A stretch of 32,000 nt of DNA from an uncultured Nitrososphaerota archaeon. Lineage in GTDB: Archaea > Korarchaeota > Korarchaeia > Korarchaeales > Korarchaeaceae. Positions 8,938-17,478 of the stretch are shown in pieces. The position numbers were made by a program, and so were the translations under genes. The notes below the pieces were generated by a model. The model was not told the origin of the DNA. It saw only the letters and a program-made list of their open reading frames with translations, and ran no database searches. The DNA is taken from positions 30,001 through 62,000 of the forward strand of contig CAYZRF010000011.1 of assembly GCA_964480775.1 (NCBI GenBank). Direction: 5' to 3'. The stretch's first letter is position 1, and each line of letters opens with the position of its first letter.

Positions 8938-8955
8938 TCGACAAAGCTTTATCGA
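8938..8955. promoter_or_regulatory. 18-bp imperfect palindrome TCGACAAAG|CTTTATCGA between two divergent TATA boxes (candidate operator)
   Basis: Half-sites match 8 of 9 as reverse complements. It lies between the TATA-like 8901-8908 (minus-strand surface-protein operon) and TTTTATTTTA at 8990-8999 (metal ABC operon). Confidence 0.3.
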
Positions 8956-9004
8956 CTTTAGTAACACCAAATTATCAAAAAAGTAACACTTTTATTTTAG
9001 TTAG

Positions 9005-9964
9005 TTGAAGCCTCCAATTGTGAATCGAATCACCCTAATCCTATCAAGCATTTGTCTGCTGCTGTTATTAGTTATACCTGTAAATGTTAGGGCTGAGGAA
9101 CCGAAACCAACCGTCATATGTACCACTAGCGTCTTGGGAAGCATCGTAGAGGATCTAGCTGGAAATAAGGTCAATGTAGTCATAATAGCCAGTACCTCTG
9201 CGTGTCCAGCCCATTATGACGTGAGGCCCCAGGACGTGGAAGCGGTCATGAGGGCGAGCTTGATTCTTTACCACGGGATGGAGGCTTGGCTTGAGAGGCT
9301 AGTGGAGACATCTGGCTCAAATGCCACCTTAATTAAGGTGTCAGGGACTTGGAACACTCCAGAAGGAGCCATAAATTATTACACTCGCGTGGCAGAAATA
9401 TTAGAGGAAAATCTGGGCATTGACACATCAGAAAGGCTATCGAAGAGCATTGAGAGCATAAACTTAACGGCTGAGGAACTAAGATCGAAGGCTCAGGAGA
9501 GAGGAGTCAGCGAAGTAAAGGTAATCTGCATGACCTGGCAAAAGCCCTTCGTCTCATGGCTTGGGTTCAACGTTATACTTGAATACGGACCTCCTGAAAA
9601 GCTCTCCTCAAGCGACGTAGCTGAACTAGTGGAATCTGGTCAAAAAGAGGGAGCAATGCTGGTTATTAGCAATCTGCAGAGCGGAACATCCGTTGGGAAG
9701 TACGTAGCGGATGACATAGGGGCCATTCACGTCGTCCTCACCAATTTCCCAGATCCTGGAAAAGGCCTGCTAAACCTCTCCCACGTCTTCGTGCATAATG
9801 CTGAGTCTCTCTTTGACGCCATGGATGAATACGAGCTTATGGAGGAGATGAAGGCATTACAGAGATCATCGAAAACGTTCAGAACCCTGTCATATTCCCT
9901 TGCTCTTATAGCAGCTGTGGAAGCAGTAATCATAGCCTACTTCCTTGCAGTCAGGAGGAGATAG
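9005..9964 (+). CDS. Metal (Zn/Mn/Fe-type, cluster 9) ABC transporter substrate-binding protein
   Basis: 319 aa. Signal peptide, TroA/ZnuA-like motifs (VICTTSVLGSIV, CPAHYDVRPQDV, LILYHG). C-terminal TM anchor LALIAAVEAVIIAYFLAV. TATA position (8990-8999) favours the in-frame GTG at 9020 as a near-leaderless start rather than TTG at 9005. Confidence 0.85.
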   Translation: MKPPIVNRITLILSSICLLLLLVIPVNVRAEEPKPTVICTTSVLGSIVEDLAGNKVNVVIIASTSACPAHYDVRPQDVEAVMRASLILYHGMEAWLERLVETSGSNATLIKVSGTWNTPEGAINYYTRVAEILEENLGIDTSERLSKSIESINLTAEELRSKAQERGVSEVKVICMTWQKPFVSWLGFNVILEYGPPEKLSSSDVAELVESGQKEGAMLVISNLQSGTSVGKYVADDIGAIHVVLTNFPDPGKGLLNLSHVFVHNAESLFDAMDEYELMEEMKALQRSSKTFRTLSYSLALIAAVEAVIIAYFLAVRRR

Positions 9965-9966
9965 CC

Positions 9967-10365
9967 TTGTTGAGCTTGGAGGAAGCAGCAACCTTCCACG
10001 GTCACCTAGGTCCTTTCCTAACGATAGGATATCTTGCTGGAAAAATGGCTTCAGAGCATTTGAAGCCAAAAAGCATACATGACATGAAAGCAATCGTAAA
10101 TGTACCCTTAAAGACTCCTTTCTCATGTATAATTGACGGAGTGCAGTGCTCCTCAAGATGTACCCTTGGAAAACTAAACATTGAGGTGAAAAACTCCGAA
10201 AACATCACCATTACCTTTGAGATCAGGGGTGGTGGGAGGATAGAGCTTCAGGTTAAAGAAGATGTGGTGGAAAGATGTCTTACCCTTGAAATGGAGGAAG
10301 CTGTGAAGTGGCTCTTAAGCATGAAACAAGAAGAAATCTTCAAGATAAACTCGCAATTAGGCTAG
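9967..10365 (+). CDS. FmdE-family domain protein (formylmethanofuran dehydrogenase subunit E-like)
   Basis: 132 aa. TTG start with AGGAGGAG about 8 nt upstream. Motifs FHGHLGPFLTIGYLAG and FSCIIDGVQCSSRCTLGK are typical of the FmdE domain. Confidence 0.75.
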   Translation: MLSLEEAATFHGHLGPFLTIGYLAGKMASEHLKPKSIHDMKAIVNVPLKTPFSCIIDGVQCSSRCTLGKLNIEVKNSENITITFEIRGGGRIELQVKEDVVERCLTLEMEEAVKWLLSMKQEEIFKINSQLG

Positions 10366-11024
10366 ACAGCGTCTCTACCTATTATTCAGGGGAAACCAAG
10401 CCTGCTATAAAGGACATATCTTTAGAGATTCATATAGGAGACCTAGTCCTCATATCAGGTCCCAATGGCTCAGGAAAAACGACTTTGCTTGAAACCATTC
10501 TGGGTTTGCTCAAACCCAAAAATGGAAGAGTTTTCCTCCTTGGTCATAAGATTCCAGATGAGGCCCATGCTGCTAGGAAAAAGTGTAGTTATCTACCTCA
10601 GGACTTCATGAAGCCTGCTGGAGAACCCTTTTCGGTAAAGGAGGTTGTGGCCATGGGCTTGTCATCGATAAGACCCCTAGGAAAGCTCAATCAAGAGGAC
10701 TGGGAAGCGATTTACGATGTATTAGATCTTTTTGGGATCAGAGAGTTGGCCGAAAGGCCATTTGGAAGGCTCAGTGGTGGACAACAACAAAAGGTTATGC
10801 TGGCCAGAACTCTCATTAGGAAACCAAGAGTACTTTTCCTAGACGAACCCTTCAGCGCATTAGATAAGGAGTCAAGGGCATTTCTATCGCAGGAAATCCT
10901 ACCTGAACTTGCAAGAAAGGGAGCCACTGTGCTCTTAGTCAGCCATGACGTAACCTTCAAGCCTTTGGAATGTAGCAAAACGGTCTACATGAAGGACGGT
11001 GCTATAGTCAGGATGGAGGAATGA
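10308..11024 (+). CDS. Metal ABC transporter ATP-binding protein (ZnuC/TroB-like)
   Basis: 238 aa. Walker A GPNGSGKTTL, signature LSGGQQQ, Walker B VLFLDEP, H-loop SHD. GTG start with GGAGG 10 nt upstream. Overlaps the FmdE-like gene by 58 nt. Confidence 0.9.
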   Translation: MALKHETRRNLQDKLAIRLDSVSTYYSGETKPAIKDISLEIHIGDLVLISGPNGSGKTTLLETILGLLKPKNGRVFLLGHKIPDEAHAARKKCSYLPQDFMKPAGEPFSVKEVVAMGLSSIRPLGKLNQEDWEAIYDVLDLFGIRELAERPFGRLSGGQQQKVMLARTLIRKPRVLFLDEPFSALDKESRAFLSQEILPELARKGATVLLVSHDVTFKPLECSKTVYMKDGAIVRMEE

Positions 11025-11027
11025 GAA

Positions 11028-11852
11028 ATGCTTCACTTACTGATCTCAGCAACCATTGCTGGGGCCCTTGCAGGTTCTCTGTGCGGTTGTACTGGCGTTT
11101 TATGCGATAGATTGGGATTAAGAACGGTTGCCTTTGCAGTTGCCCACGGAGCTTTGGCTGGAGCAGCACTAAGCTTTCTGGTCGGAATGAACTCAATAGT
11201 CTTAGGATTGATCTTTGCCTTGTTCACCGCACTTGTCTTGGGTCCTTTAGCTGATGTATTTGAGATACCAATTGACATGGTTTCAATGACGTTGTTCTCC
11301 ATATACAATGCTTTGACGTTTATCTTCTTGATCCTTTCTCCAGGGATAGTCTTGGCAGCTGAGAAAGTTAGTCAGGTCCTTTGGGGGAGTGTGCTTGCTG
11401 TTACATTGGACTATCTCATAATACTTTCCACAATAGCCGTTTTATATGCTCTATTTCTCGTAATCTTTTGGCACAGGATAGCTCCAATTCTATTTGACAG
11501 AAGGTTGGCAGAAGCAGAGGGAATAAAGGTTAGAGTATATAGCTACGTGCTCATAGCTTTTACTGGCCTAGTGGTTGTATTCACACTACGCATTACGGGG
11601 GGATTCCTTGTCTTCTCCTTAATCTATATACCAGCCTCCAGCGCATTACAGCTTTCAGAGAATATGAAGAGGATATTGGCCTTTTCAGGCTTGCTTGGTC
11701 TTATATCAGCTGTTGCAGGAGTCTACTTCAGCTTCCTTGTAGATCTTCCAGTGGGATCAAGCATCGTTATATGTGCCGCCTTTATCCTATTAGCTGCAAG
11801 CGTTGCCGGGTACTTCCGTAGAAGATCCCTAATGAGGATAATAAGCCAGTAA
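11028..11852 (+). CDS. Metal ABC transporter permease (ABC-3 / ZnuB-TroC-like)
   Basis: 274 aa and polytopic (about 8-9 hydrophobic helices). Position and size are typical of ABC-3 permeases. GGAGGAATGAG SD before the ATG. Confidence 0.88.
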   Translation: MLHLLISATIAGALAGSLCGCTGVLCDRLGLRTVAFAVAHGALAGAALSFLVGMNSIVLGLIFALFTALVLGPLADVFEIPIDMVSMTLFSIYNALTFIFLILSPGIVLAAEKVSQVLWGSVLAVTLDYLIILSTIAVLYALFLVIFWHRIAPILFDRRLAEAEGIKVRVYSYVLIAFTGLVVVFTLRITGGFLVFSLIYIPASSALQLSENMKRILAFSGLLGLISAVAGVYFSFLVDLPVGSSIVICAAFILLAASVAGYFRRRSLMRIISQ

Positions 11853-11866
11853 GAATTGATCAAAAG

Positions 11867-11902
11867 ATTTCTTATGTAGCATAGAAGTTTAAGGATGTTT
11901 TT
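11867..11902 (+). terminator. Hairpin plus T5 tract downstream of the metal ABC operon (candidate terminator)
   Basis: AUUUCUUAUG-UAG-CAUAGAAGU hairpin (about 8 bp with one bulge, 11867-11888) followed by TTTTT at 11898-11902, starting 15 nt after the permease stop codon. Confidence 0.35.
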
Positions 11903-11971
11903 AAAGGAGTTATTTATATCGTCGAGTGAATAGTTTTCTAATCCTGGTTGGAACCCTTGAGGTGTCATCAA

Positions 11972-12706
11972 ATGGATGCAATAAAAGCCAGAGGACTAAC
12001 GAAGGTGTTCGGGGACCTAGTAGCTGTCGACCACATAGACCTCAATATATCAAGTGGCGTGGTCTACGGTTTATTGGGTCCAAACGGAGCTGGAAAGACA
12101 ACAACCTTTAGGATGATATACGGGGTTCTGAAACCAACGGAGGGAAAGGTCTGGGTTTACGGTCACGACGTGTCGAATGAGCCCGTGAAGGCAAAGAACC
12201 TGATGGGAGTTCTCCCAGAGGACACAGGGATATATCCAAGACTAACTGCGGAGGAGAACCTGATATACTTCGGAAAGTTGCATGGCATGCCCGAAGCAGA
12301 ACTAAAGAGGAAGATAGAAGAGTATCTTTCGATCTTAGAGCTGGAGGAGAAGAGAGACTTCATAGCTGAAAAGCTGAGCAAAGGCCAAAGGAAGAAAGTC
12401 GCCTTCATAAGGGCAATACTGCATGACCCTCCCATTTTGCTCTTAGATGAGCCAACCAGCGGCGTAGATGTTATTAGCGCCAGAGAGATAAGGGATATGA
12501 TAAAGGATTACGCAAAGAAGGGTAATACGGTTGTTCTTGCCTCTCATAATATGCTTGAAGTCGAACAGCTTTGTGACGTCGTTTCGATTATGCATAAGGG
12601 AAGGATAATACACACAGGAACGATAGAGGAGATCAAGAGGTTGGAGGGCGTCAAGGAACTGGAAGATGTGTTTTTGAGGCTTGTTAGGGCAGAGGTGGTG
12701 GAGTGA
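11972..12706 (+). CDS. ABC-2 type transporter ATP-binding protein (NatA/CcmA-like)
   Basis: Walker A GPNGAGKTTT, signature LSKGQRK, Walker B ILLLDEPTSGVD. I prefer ATG at 11972 (MDAIKARGLTKVFG) because GAGGTG sits 8 nt upstream and TATA-like TTATTTATAT is at 11910-11919. The track's TTG at 11948 would lie at or before the likely TSS. Confidence 0.88.
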   Translation: MDAIKARGLTKVFGDLVAVDHIDLNISSGVVYGLLGPNGAGKTTTFRMIYGVLKPTEGKVWVYGHDVSNEPVKAKNLMGVLPEDTGIYPRLTAEENLIYFGKLHGMPEAELKRKIEEYLSILELEEKRDFIAEKLSKGQRKKVAFIRAILHDPPILLLDEPTSGVDVISAREIRDMIKDYAKKGNTVVLASHNMLEVEQLCDVVSIMHKGRIIHTGTIEEIKRLEGVKELEDVFLRLVRAEVVE

Positions 12707-14019
12707 TGTTTTGGAGGAGAAAGGGTTCTTCAGGAAGAGTAAGGTTAACAAAGGGCTTGGGTTCGATAGGCTACGGGATTGGCAACAAGATCCTGCTCGT
12801 CACTTGGAAAGAACTTACCGAGGCTCTCAGGGATAGGAGAACCATAATCAATGTGATATTACTTCCTATGATCTTAATGCCGATATCAATGGCTCTACCA
12901 CTCATCTTAATGGCTCCAGGAGGTGCAGTGCAACCAATAACTGTCATAGTCGTCAAGGACATGCCATCGATGAACCTTATAGAGGAAAAAGTCCTTCCAG
13001 TAGCGAACATAAACGCAACAATTGTATATTCGGAAATTAACGCAACAAAGTGGATCCTAGACAACAAAGCAGACCTCGTGGTTGTGATCCCAAAGGGGTT
13101 CTACTCAAACCTCAGTTCAAGCGGCTCAGCAGTCGCCTTCATCTTCTATGACCCGTTTAGCATGAAGTCTGAAATGGCCATGACCCAACTACAGCTTGCT
13201 TTTAATGAACTGTCAAGGGAGGAGATAGAGAGGAGGCTAAAGGCAGTAAATCTGACTCCAGAGTTCGCAAGACCAATTGAGATAGTTGGAAGAGAGGTCT
13301 CGAAGGTAGAGGCAACACCAGCAACCGTAATAGGGGCAATGATCTTGCCAATGATGGTTGGGGTCCTGGCCGTAACCGGTGCTGGAACATTTGCCCTTGA
13401 CATGATAGCAGGTGAAAGGGAGAGAAAGACGATAGAGGCACTCCTTACAGCGCCAATAACGAAGTTGAAGCTTTTGATAGGTAAGTATGTGGCCATGCTC
13501 CTTCTCTCCATATTAAGTGGGATTTCCATGCTTATCTCCTTCTTGTTAGCCTCGCTCCTCATGGTGAATTATGCAATTGCCCCCTCTATGCCCTCAACAA
13601 TGCCCACTCAAGAAATGATGAGCTTCTCTTTTTCCTTAATGCCTCAAGGGATTAATCCCTTGATATTCTTGCTAAGCCTTTCGTTTGCCATCGTTCTGGC
13701 TGGGCTTACTGGAGACGCACTAATAGTTGTGGGATCCTCATTTGCCAAGAGCTTCAAGGAAGCGCAGCAGTACACAGGATTGGTAACTGCTGGATTCATA
13801 ATCCCGCTTATATCTGTGATCTACCTTCCTCCAAGACTCTTCTGGCCCTTCAGACTGATGCCGATAACAAGCATAGCCCTGTTGGTAAGGGACGTTATGG
13901 TAAATCCTGGAGACAAGGCGGCTATAATGACATCATCGCTGGCCTCGGTGGTATATCTTGTTGTGTTTCTCCTGATAAGCGCCAAACTCTTTGGCAGGGA
14001 AGCAGTGGTCTTCGACTAA
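12703..14019 (+). CDS. ABC-2 type transporter permease (NatB-like, large extracytoplasmic loop)
   Basis: 438 aa. N-terminal TM, about 150 aa loop, then 5-6 TM helices. The start (GTG 12703 or ATG 12706) overlaps the ATPase stop (TGATG coupling). Confidence 0.8.
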   Translation: MMFWRRKGSSGRVRLTKGLGSIGYGIGNKILLVTWKELTEALRDRRTIINVILLPMILMPISMALPLILMAPGGAVQPITVIVVKDMPSMNLIEEKVLPVANINATIVYSEINATKWILDNKADLVVVIPKGFYSNLSSSGSAVAFIFYDPFSMKSEMAMTQLQLAFNELSREEIERRLKAVNLTPEFARPIEIVGREVSKVEATPATVIGAMILPMMVGVLAVTGAGTFALDMIAGERERKTIEALLTAPITKLKLLIGKYVAMLLLSILSGISMLISFLLASLLMVNYAIAPSMPSTMPTQEMMSFSFSLMPQGINPLIFLLSLSFAIVLAGLTGDALIVVGSSFAKSFKEAQQYTGLVTAGFIIPLISVIYLPPRLFWPFRLMPITSIALLVRDVMVNPGDKAAIMTSSLASVVYLVVFLLISAKLFGREAVVFD

Positions 14020-14054
14020 AGAATTATTATGTTGCCATGCGATGCTCCTAAGAG

Positions 14055-15233
14055 ATGTGTCCATTGAACATAGTAATCGTCGGATCTGGCATAGGAGGGG
14101 CTGCTGCGGCTTGGGACGCAGTTAGATTCATCCCAGATGTAAAAGTAAAGCTGATAGGGGACGAAGACATCTACATGAGGCACAAGATAAGGTACGTAGC
14201 CCACGGACTTGACATTTCATTTGATACAAGCCACCTAGAGTCCAACGGTGTCGAGATAATAAAGGACAGAGCTGTAAAAATAGATAGAAACGGTAAGAAT
14301 TTAGTAACTGAAAGATCTGGCGAGATATCCTATGATTACCTGATACTTGCAACCGGAGCCGAGCCGTCTAAGCCAAGAGTTCCTGGAGCCGAGTTCACTA
14401 GGGGCTTTAGAAGGAAGGAGGACGTAGAATATTTGGCAAGGGAAAAGCCTCAAGAAGTGGCTATAATTGGAGCCAGCTACGTTGCTCTGCATGCAGCACA
14501 AACATGCAAGGACTTGGGCTTAGTTCCTCACATAATAGTGAGGTCGAGGTTGATCAGAAAGTCCTTGGAGCCAGAGTTGTCAGAGGAGCTTGAGAGGAGG
14601 CTCAAAGAGAGAGGAGTCCAGTTCGTTCACGGAAAGCTTCAGAAAGTGGAAGAAGATGGTCCAGTGGTGGATGAAAGAAAGGTAAAGGCAGACCTCATCA
14701 TATCAGCCATAGGAGTCAAGCCAAATTCAGAACTAGCGAAGGAAGCGGGCTTAGAGCTTTGGTGGGATAACGTGAAGGTAGATCAACAGGGCAGGACTTC
14801 TGATTCCAAAATATTTGCAATCGGCGACGTGAGCAACTGTTATGATCCTATAACTAAGAAGATCGACTACTTCGGATTGGGTACCATAGCAACTATCATG
14901 GCTTACAACAGTATTAACGCGATAAAAGGTTCTAAAGGAGCCCTGAGAACTCCGAGATATCAAAAAGACGTTTTCTTTAAAGAGATTTTCGTGAAATCAA
15001 TAGGGTTTACCTCTCCAGAAGCTGAGAAGGCTGGATTTACCCCTGAGAGGAAGGAACTTAGGAGAGAAGGCGATGAAGAGATTGCATACATAGTTTACGA
15101 CAAACCCACTGGAAGAGTAATCGGTTACTCATCTCTTTCGAAAAGAGATTCTGGTTACAAAGATCTTTTGATCCTTAAAGCCGTCCTCAGAGGTATGAAG
15201 ATACAGGAAGTGCTGGAATTTATTCAGAGCTGA
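14055..15233 (+). CDS. FAD-dependent pyridine nucleotide-disulfide oxidoreductase family protein (NADH oxidase/CoADR-like, no redox Cys seen)
   Basis: 392 aa. FAD motif IVIVGSGIGGAAAA, ILATGA, second Rossmann VAIIGASYVALHAA, FAIGDV motif, and a C-terminal dimerisation-like domain. Confidence 0.8.
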   Translation: MCPLNIVIVGSGIGGAAAAWDAVRFIPDVKVKLIGDEDIYMRHKIRYVAHGLDISFDTSHLESNGVEIIKDRAVKIDRNGKNLVTERSGEISYDYLILATGAEPSKPRVPGAEFTRGFRRKEDVEYLAREKPQEVAIIGASYVALHAAQTCKDLGLVPHIIVRSRLIRKSLEPELSEELERRLKERGVQFVHGKLQKVEEDGPVVDERKVKADLIISAIGVKPNSELAKEAGLELWWDNVKVDQQGRTSDSKIFAIGDVSNCYDPITKKIDYFGLGTIATIMAYNSINAIKGSKGALRTPRYQKDVFFKEIFVKSIGFTSPEAEKAGFTPERKELRREGDEEIAYIVYDKPTGRVIGYSSLSKRDSGYKDLLILKAVLRGMKIQEVLEFIQS

Positions 15234-15715
15234 ACAGAATTATCTAAGAGACCCACCTCTTTAGCCCTCTTTATTGCACCTGTTACCATCTCGTATACCC
15301 CAAGAAGGGTCTCTCCCCTATCTTCCAACTCTTTTAGCTCATCTAGACTCATCCAACACCAATCATCGTGCTCCTCTGGAGTCAAAACTGGCTCTCCCTC
15401 TGCCTTAGAGACGTATAAGGGTATAACGAACTGAACAGAGGACCTTCTATTTCCGTAGGTGTAGGAATAAGTGTCCACCGAAATCATGTTCTTGGGTTCT
15501 ATTAAAAAGCCAGTTTCTTCCCTCAATTCCCTACAAGCAGCGTGTCTCGGGTTCTCTCCGAATCTAAGCCTTCCTCCAGGAAGTTCCCACTTGCCTGGAT
15601 ACCTCTTCTTAAAACCCCTTCTAAGGACTAGTACCTTACCTTGCCCATTCAGGATAACGACGCAGGGCACAACCATAACCCTAGATCTCGTACGACCTGT
15701 ACGTCTTTCCCTCAT
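15224..15715 (-). CDS. Nudix hydrolase
   Basis: 163 aa. Nudix box GKWELPGGRLRFGENPRHAACRELREETG. Its ATG overlaps the upstream gene's TGA (ATGA). Confidence 0.88.
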   Translation of the reverse strand: MRERRTGRTRSRVMVVPCVVILNGQGKVLVLRRGFKKRYPGKWELPGGRLRFGENPRHAACRELREETGFLIEPKNMISVDTYSYTYGNRRSSVQFVIPLYVSKAEGEPVLTPEEHDDWCWMSLDELKELEDRGETLLGVYEMVTGAIKRAKEVGLLDNSVQL

Positions 15716-16128
15716 AGTATGGAGCGCCTCTCCTCAGGAGGTTTAGCGTAGATAAGCTCGATAACCATGGGACCGCCACAAGCGGGACAAGGATCGTCCC
15801 ACTTCTTTCCGACGTATTCTCCCTCTTTAAACTCTCTTTCTGACTTAAACTTGCATTTCAAGCACTTAACAAGGGTCATGTACCTCCATCTAGGCCCCTT
15901 TATCCCTCTAACAGCCTTAATGACGTCAAGGGTCATCTTAATCGCTATTCCTATGCCAGTCATCCCAGCTATCACCTTGAAAAGTGAGTTAGTGTCGCTT
16001 ATTTGACCGCTCCTAACCTCGTGCCAGATCATCCAGATTGAGAATAGGGCTAGGAAGCCTATCATAGTGAACCAAACGAGATACCAGCCTATGCTTATCT
16101 TTACTTCCTCTTCCTTCTTAGCTTGCAA
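15712..16128 (-). CDS. Two-TM membrane protein with C-terminal zinc ribbon (hypothetical)
   Basis: 138 aa. TTG start preceded by GGAGGTCAC. Hydrophobic helices WYLVWFTMIGFLALFSIWMIW and IAGMTGIGIAIKMTL. CLKC...CPAC four-Cys ribbon. Confidence 0.6.
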   Translation of the reverse strand: MQAKKEEEVKISIGWYLVWFTMIGFLALFSIWMIWHEVRSGQISDTNSLFKVIAGMTGIGIAIKMTLDVIKAVRGIKGPRWRYMTLVKCLKCKFKSEREFKEGEYVGKKWDDPCPACGGPMVIELIYAKPPEERRSIL

Positions 16129-17275
16129 CTCCAGTGACCTCCAGCCTATTACCTATACCAGCGGAGTTACCCACGCCCACCACTATGACGTAGTCTCCCT
16201 CAGAAGTCCTGCTTATGATCGCCTCCTTGACTCTTTCAATCACATCGTTGACTTTCCCAGCGATCTCTTTGGTCATCGCAGCTATGGCCTCAGCGTAATC
16301 CTCCTTGATTACTATGGCGTCTAGGGGAATTCCATACTTAGTTGCAACCTCCTCTATCTTCCACCTCTCCACACCGACTCCTCCTATAGCAGCTCCCACT
16401 CCTTCCGCAATTTCTCCCGTTTTCTCGCCCTCAAGCTTAAGGGCTGCATCTATCATCACTATCCTGCTGATATTTCCTGCCCTAGATTCTATAATCCTCT
16501 TTAAAGCCTCTCCCGGCCTTCCTACTTCTCCTCCAGGCCCCTTTGCTTTTATGACTAGGACACGCCTGCCCTCTATATCTAGCTCGGCTCCAACGACGTT
16601 CTCGCCGAAATCAATTAGTTTGGAATCTCCTATCATCTTGAGAGCAACAAGCGGTCCAATTCCGTCGCCCAAAGGCAGCCCCAACTTAGAGGCTTCGACC
16701 GACATTCTCCAAGCTCTGGCCATTCTCATTATTTCTGGAAGCAACATCTGTATCTGGGCTATGTATATCATGTTCTGGGTCTTCTTTCCGAGAACGAAAT
16801 AGTGCCTAACTATCCTAAATATGAAATCTAAAGCTATAGTACTCTCCAAAAGATCTCTCAGGTTGGCAAGGGCAACCTCATCCGATGAGGGCGCGACTTC
16901 TTTTATGAAGAAGTTAAGCCTGTCCTCCCTGTTCCTCACAATGTGATCTAGCTTCACCATTGCGCCCGCTGGATCAGTTATCTCGGGCCCTATTGTGAAG
17001 AAGCCTATAAAACGTCGTAGAGCTTTCTTAATCTTTTCTTTTTCCTTTCCGTACTTAGAAGCAGTTTCAACGAACTCTCTCTCGGCTTCAAGCTTAAACC
17101 TGTTTAACTGGTCAAGCGCCCTACCAATCTGGCCCATCCAAAACTGTATCTGCAATCTACTTGCGTAGAAGTTCATAATAACCATAAATACAAGGAATAC
17201 CATCCATGAAAGCCAGTCATCCTTGCTCTGTTGCAACATAGCTAACATACTCATCACAGCTGAGAAATCAACCAT
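16118..17275 (-). CDS. DUF1512-like archaeal membrane-anchored protein (function unknown)
   Basis: 385 aa. N-terminal TM (WLSWMVFLVFMVIMNF), helical middle, and a Gly-rich globular C-terminal domain (GDGIGPLVALK, AEGVGAAIGGVG, VVGVGNSAGIG). The family assignment is from memory of DUF1512 architecture. TATA TTATTTAAAAG (17301-17311) and an AAGGTGG SD lie upstream. Confidence 0.6.
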   Translation of the reverse strand: MVDFSAVMSMLAMLQQSKDDWLSWMVFLVFMVIMNFYASRLQIQFWMGQIGRALDQLNRFKLEAEREFVETASKYGKEKEKIKKALRRFIGFFTIGPEITDPAGAMVKLDHIVRNREDRLNFFIKEVAPSSDEVALANLRDLLESTIALDFIFRIVRHYFVLGKKTQNMIYIAQIQMLLPEIMRMARAWRMSVEASKLGLPLGDGIGPLVALKMIGDSKLIDFGENVVGAELDIEGRRVLVIKAKGPGGEVGRPGEALKRIIESRAGNISRIVMIDAALKLEGEKTGEIAEGVGAAIGGVGVERWKIEEVATKYGIPLDAIVIKEDYAEAIAAMTKEIAGKVNDVIERVKEAIISRTSEGDYVIVVGVGNSAGIGNRLEVTGVAS

Positions 17276-17454
17276 CTTCCCTAAGCCACCTTAACAGGCT
17301 TTTAAATAACTCGGTTGATCTTACTACAACTAAGAAAGCAAATTTTCTCCTTATAAAATGTTTCATGAAGATCCATAACACAACATAATGGCTCTATTCA
17401 CATACGCGCAAAATTGAGAATTATGATTCCTAATTTTACTGATGAGCTCAAAAT

Positions 17455-17478
17455 TTTCCCGTTTCTCTGATCGGGAAA
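17455..17478. repeat. Perfect 7-bp inverted repeat TTTCCCG / CGGGAAA with 10-nt spacer in AT-rich spacer
   Basis: Arms at 17455-17461 and 17472-17478 with loop TTTCTCTGAT. It lies within about 200 nt of unassigned sequence between the tRNA 3' end and the DUF1512 promoter. Confidence 0.5.

Noticed and set aside
17329-17366. Small ORFs in the tRNA/DUF1512 spacer (32-aa minus-strand MKHFIRRKF... and several 6-15 aa plus-strand ORFs)
   Set aside because: There is no SD and no recognisable motif. The 32-aa ORF runs through the TATA box and SD of the DUF1512 gene and overlaps its start out of frame.
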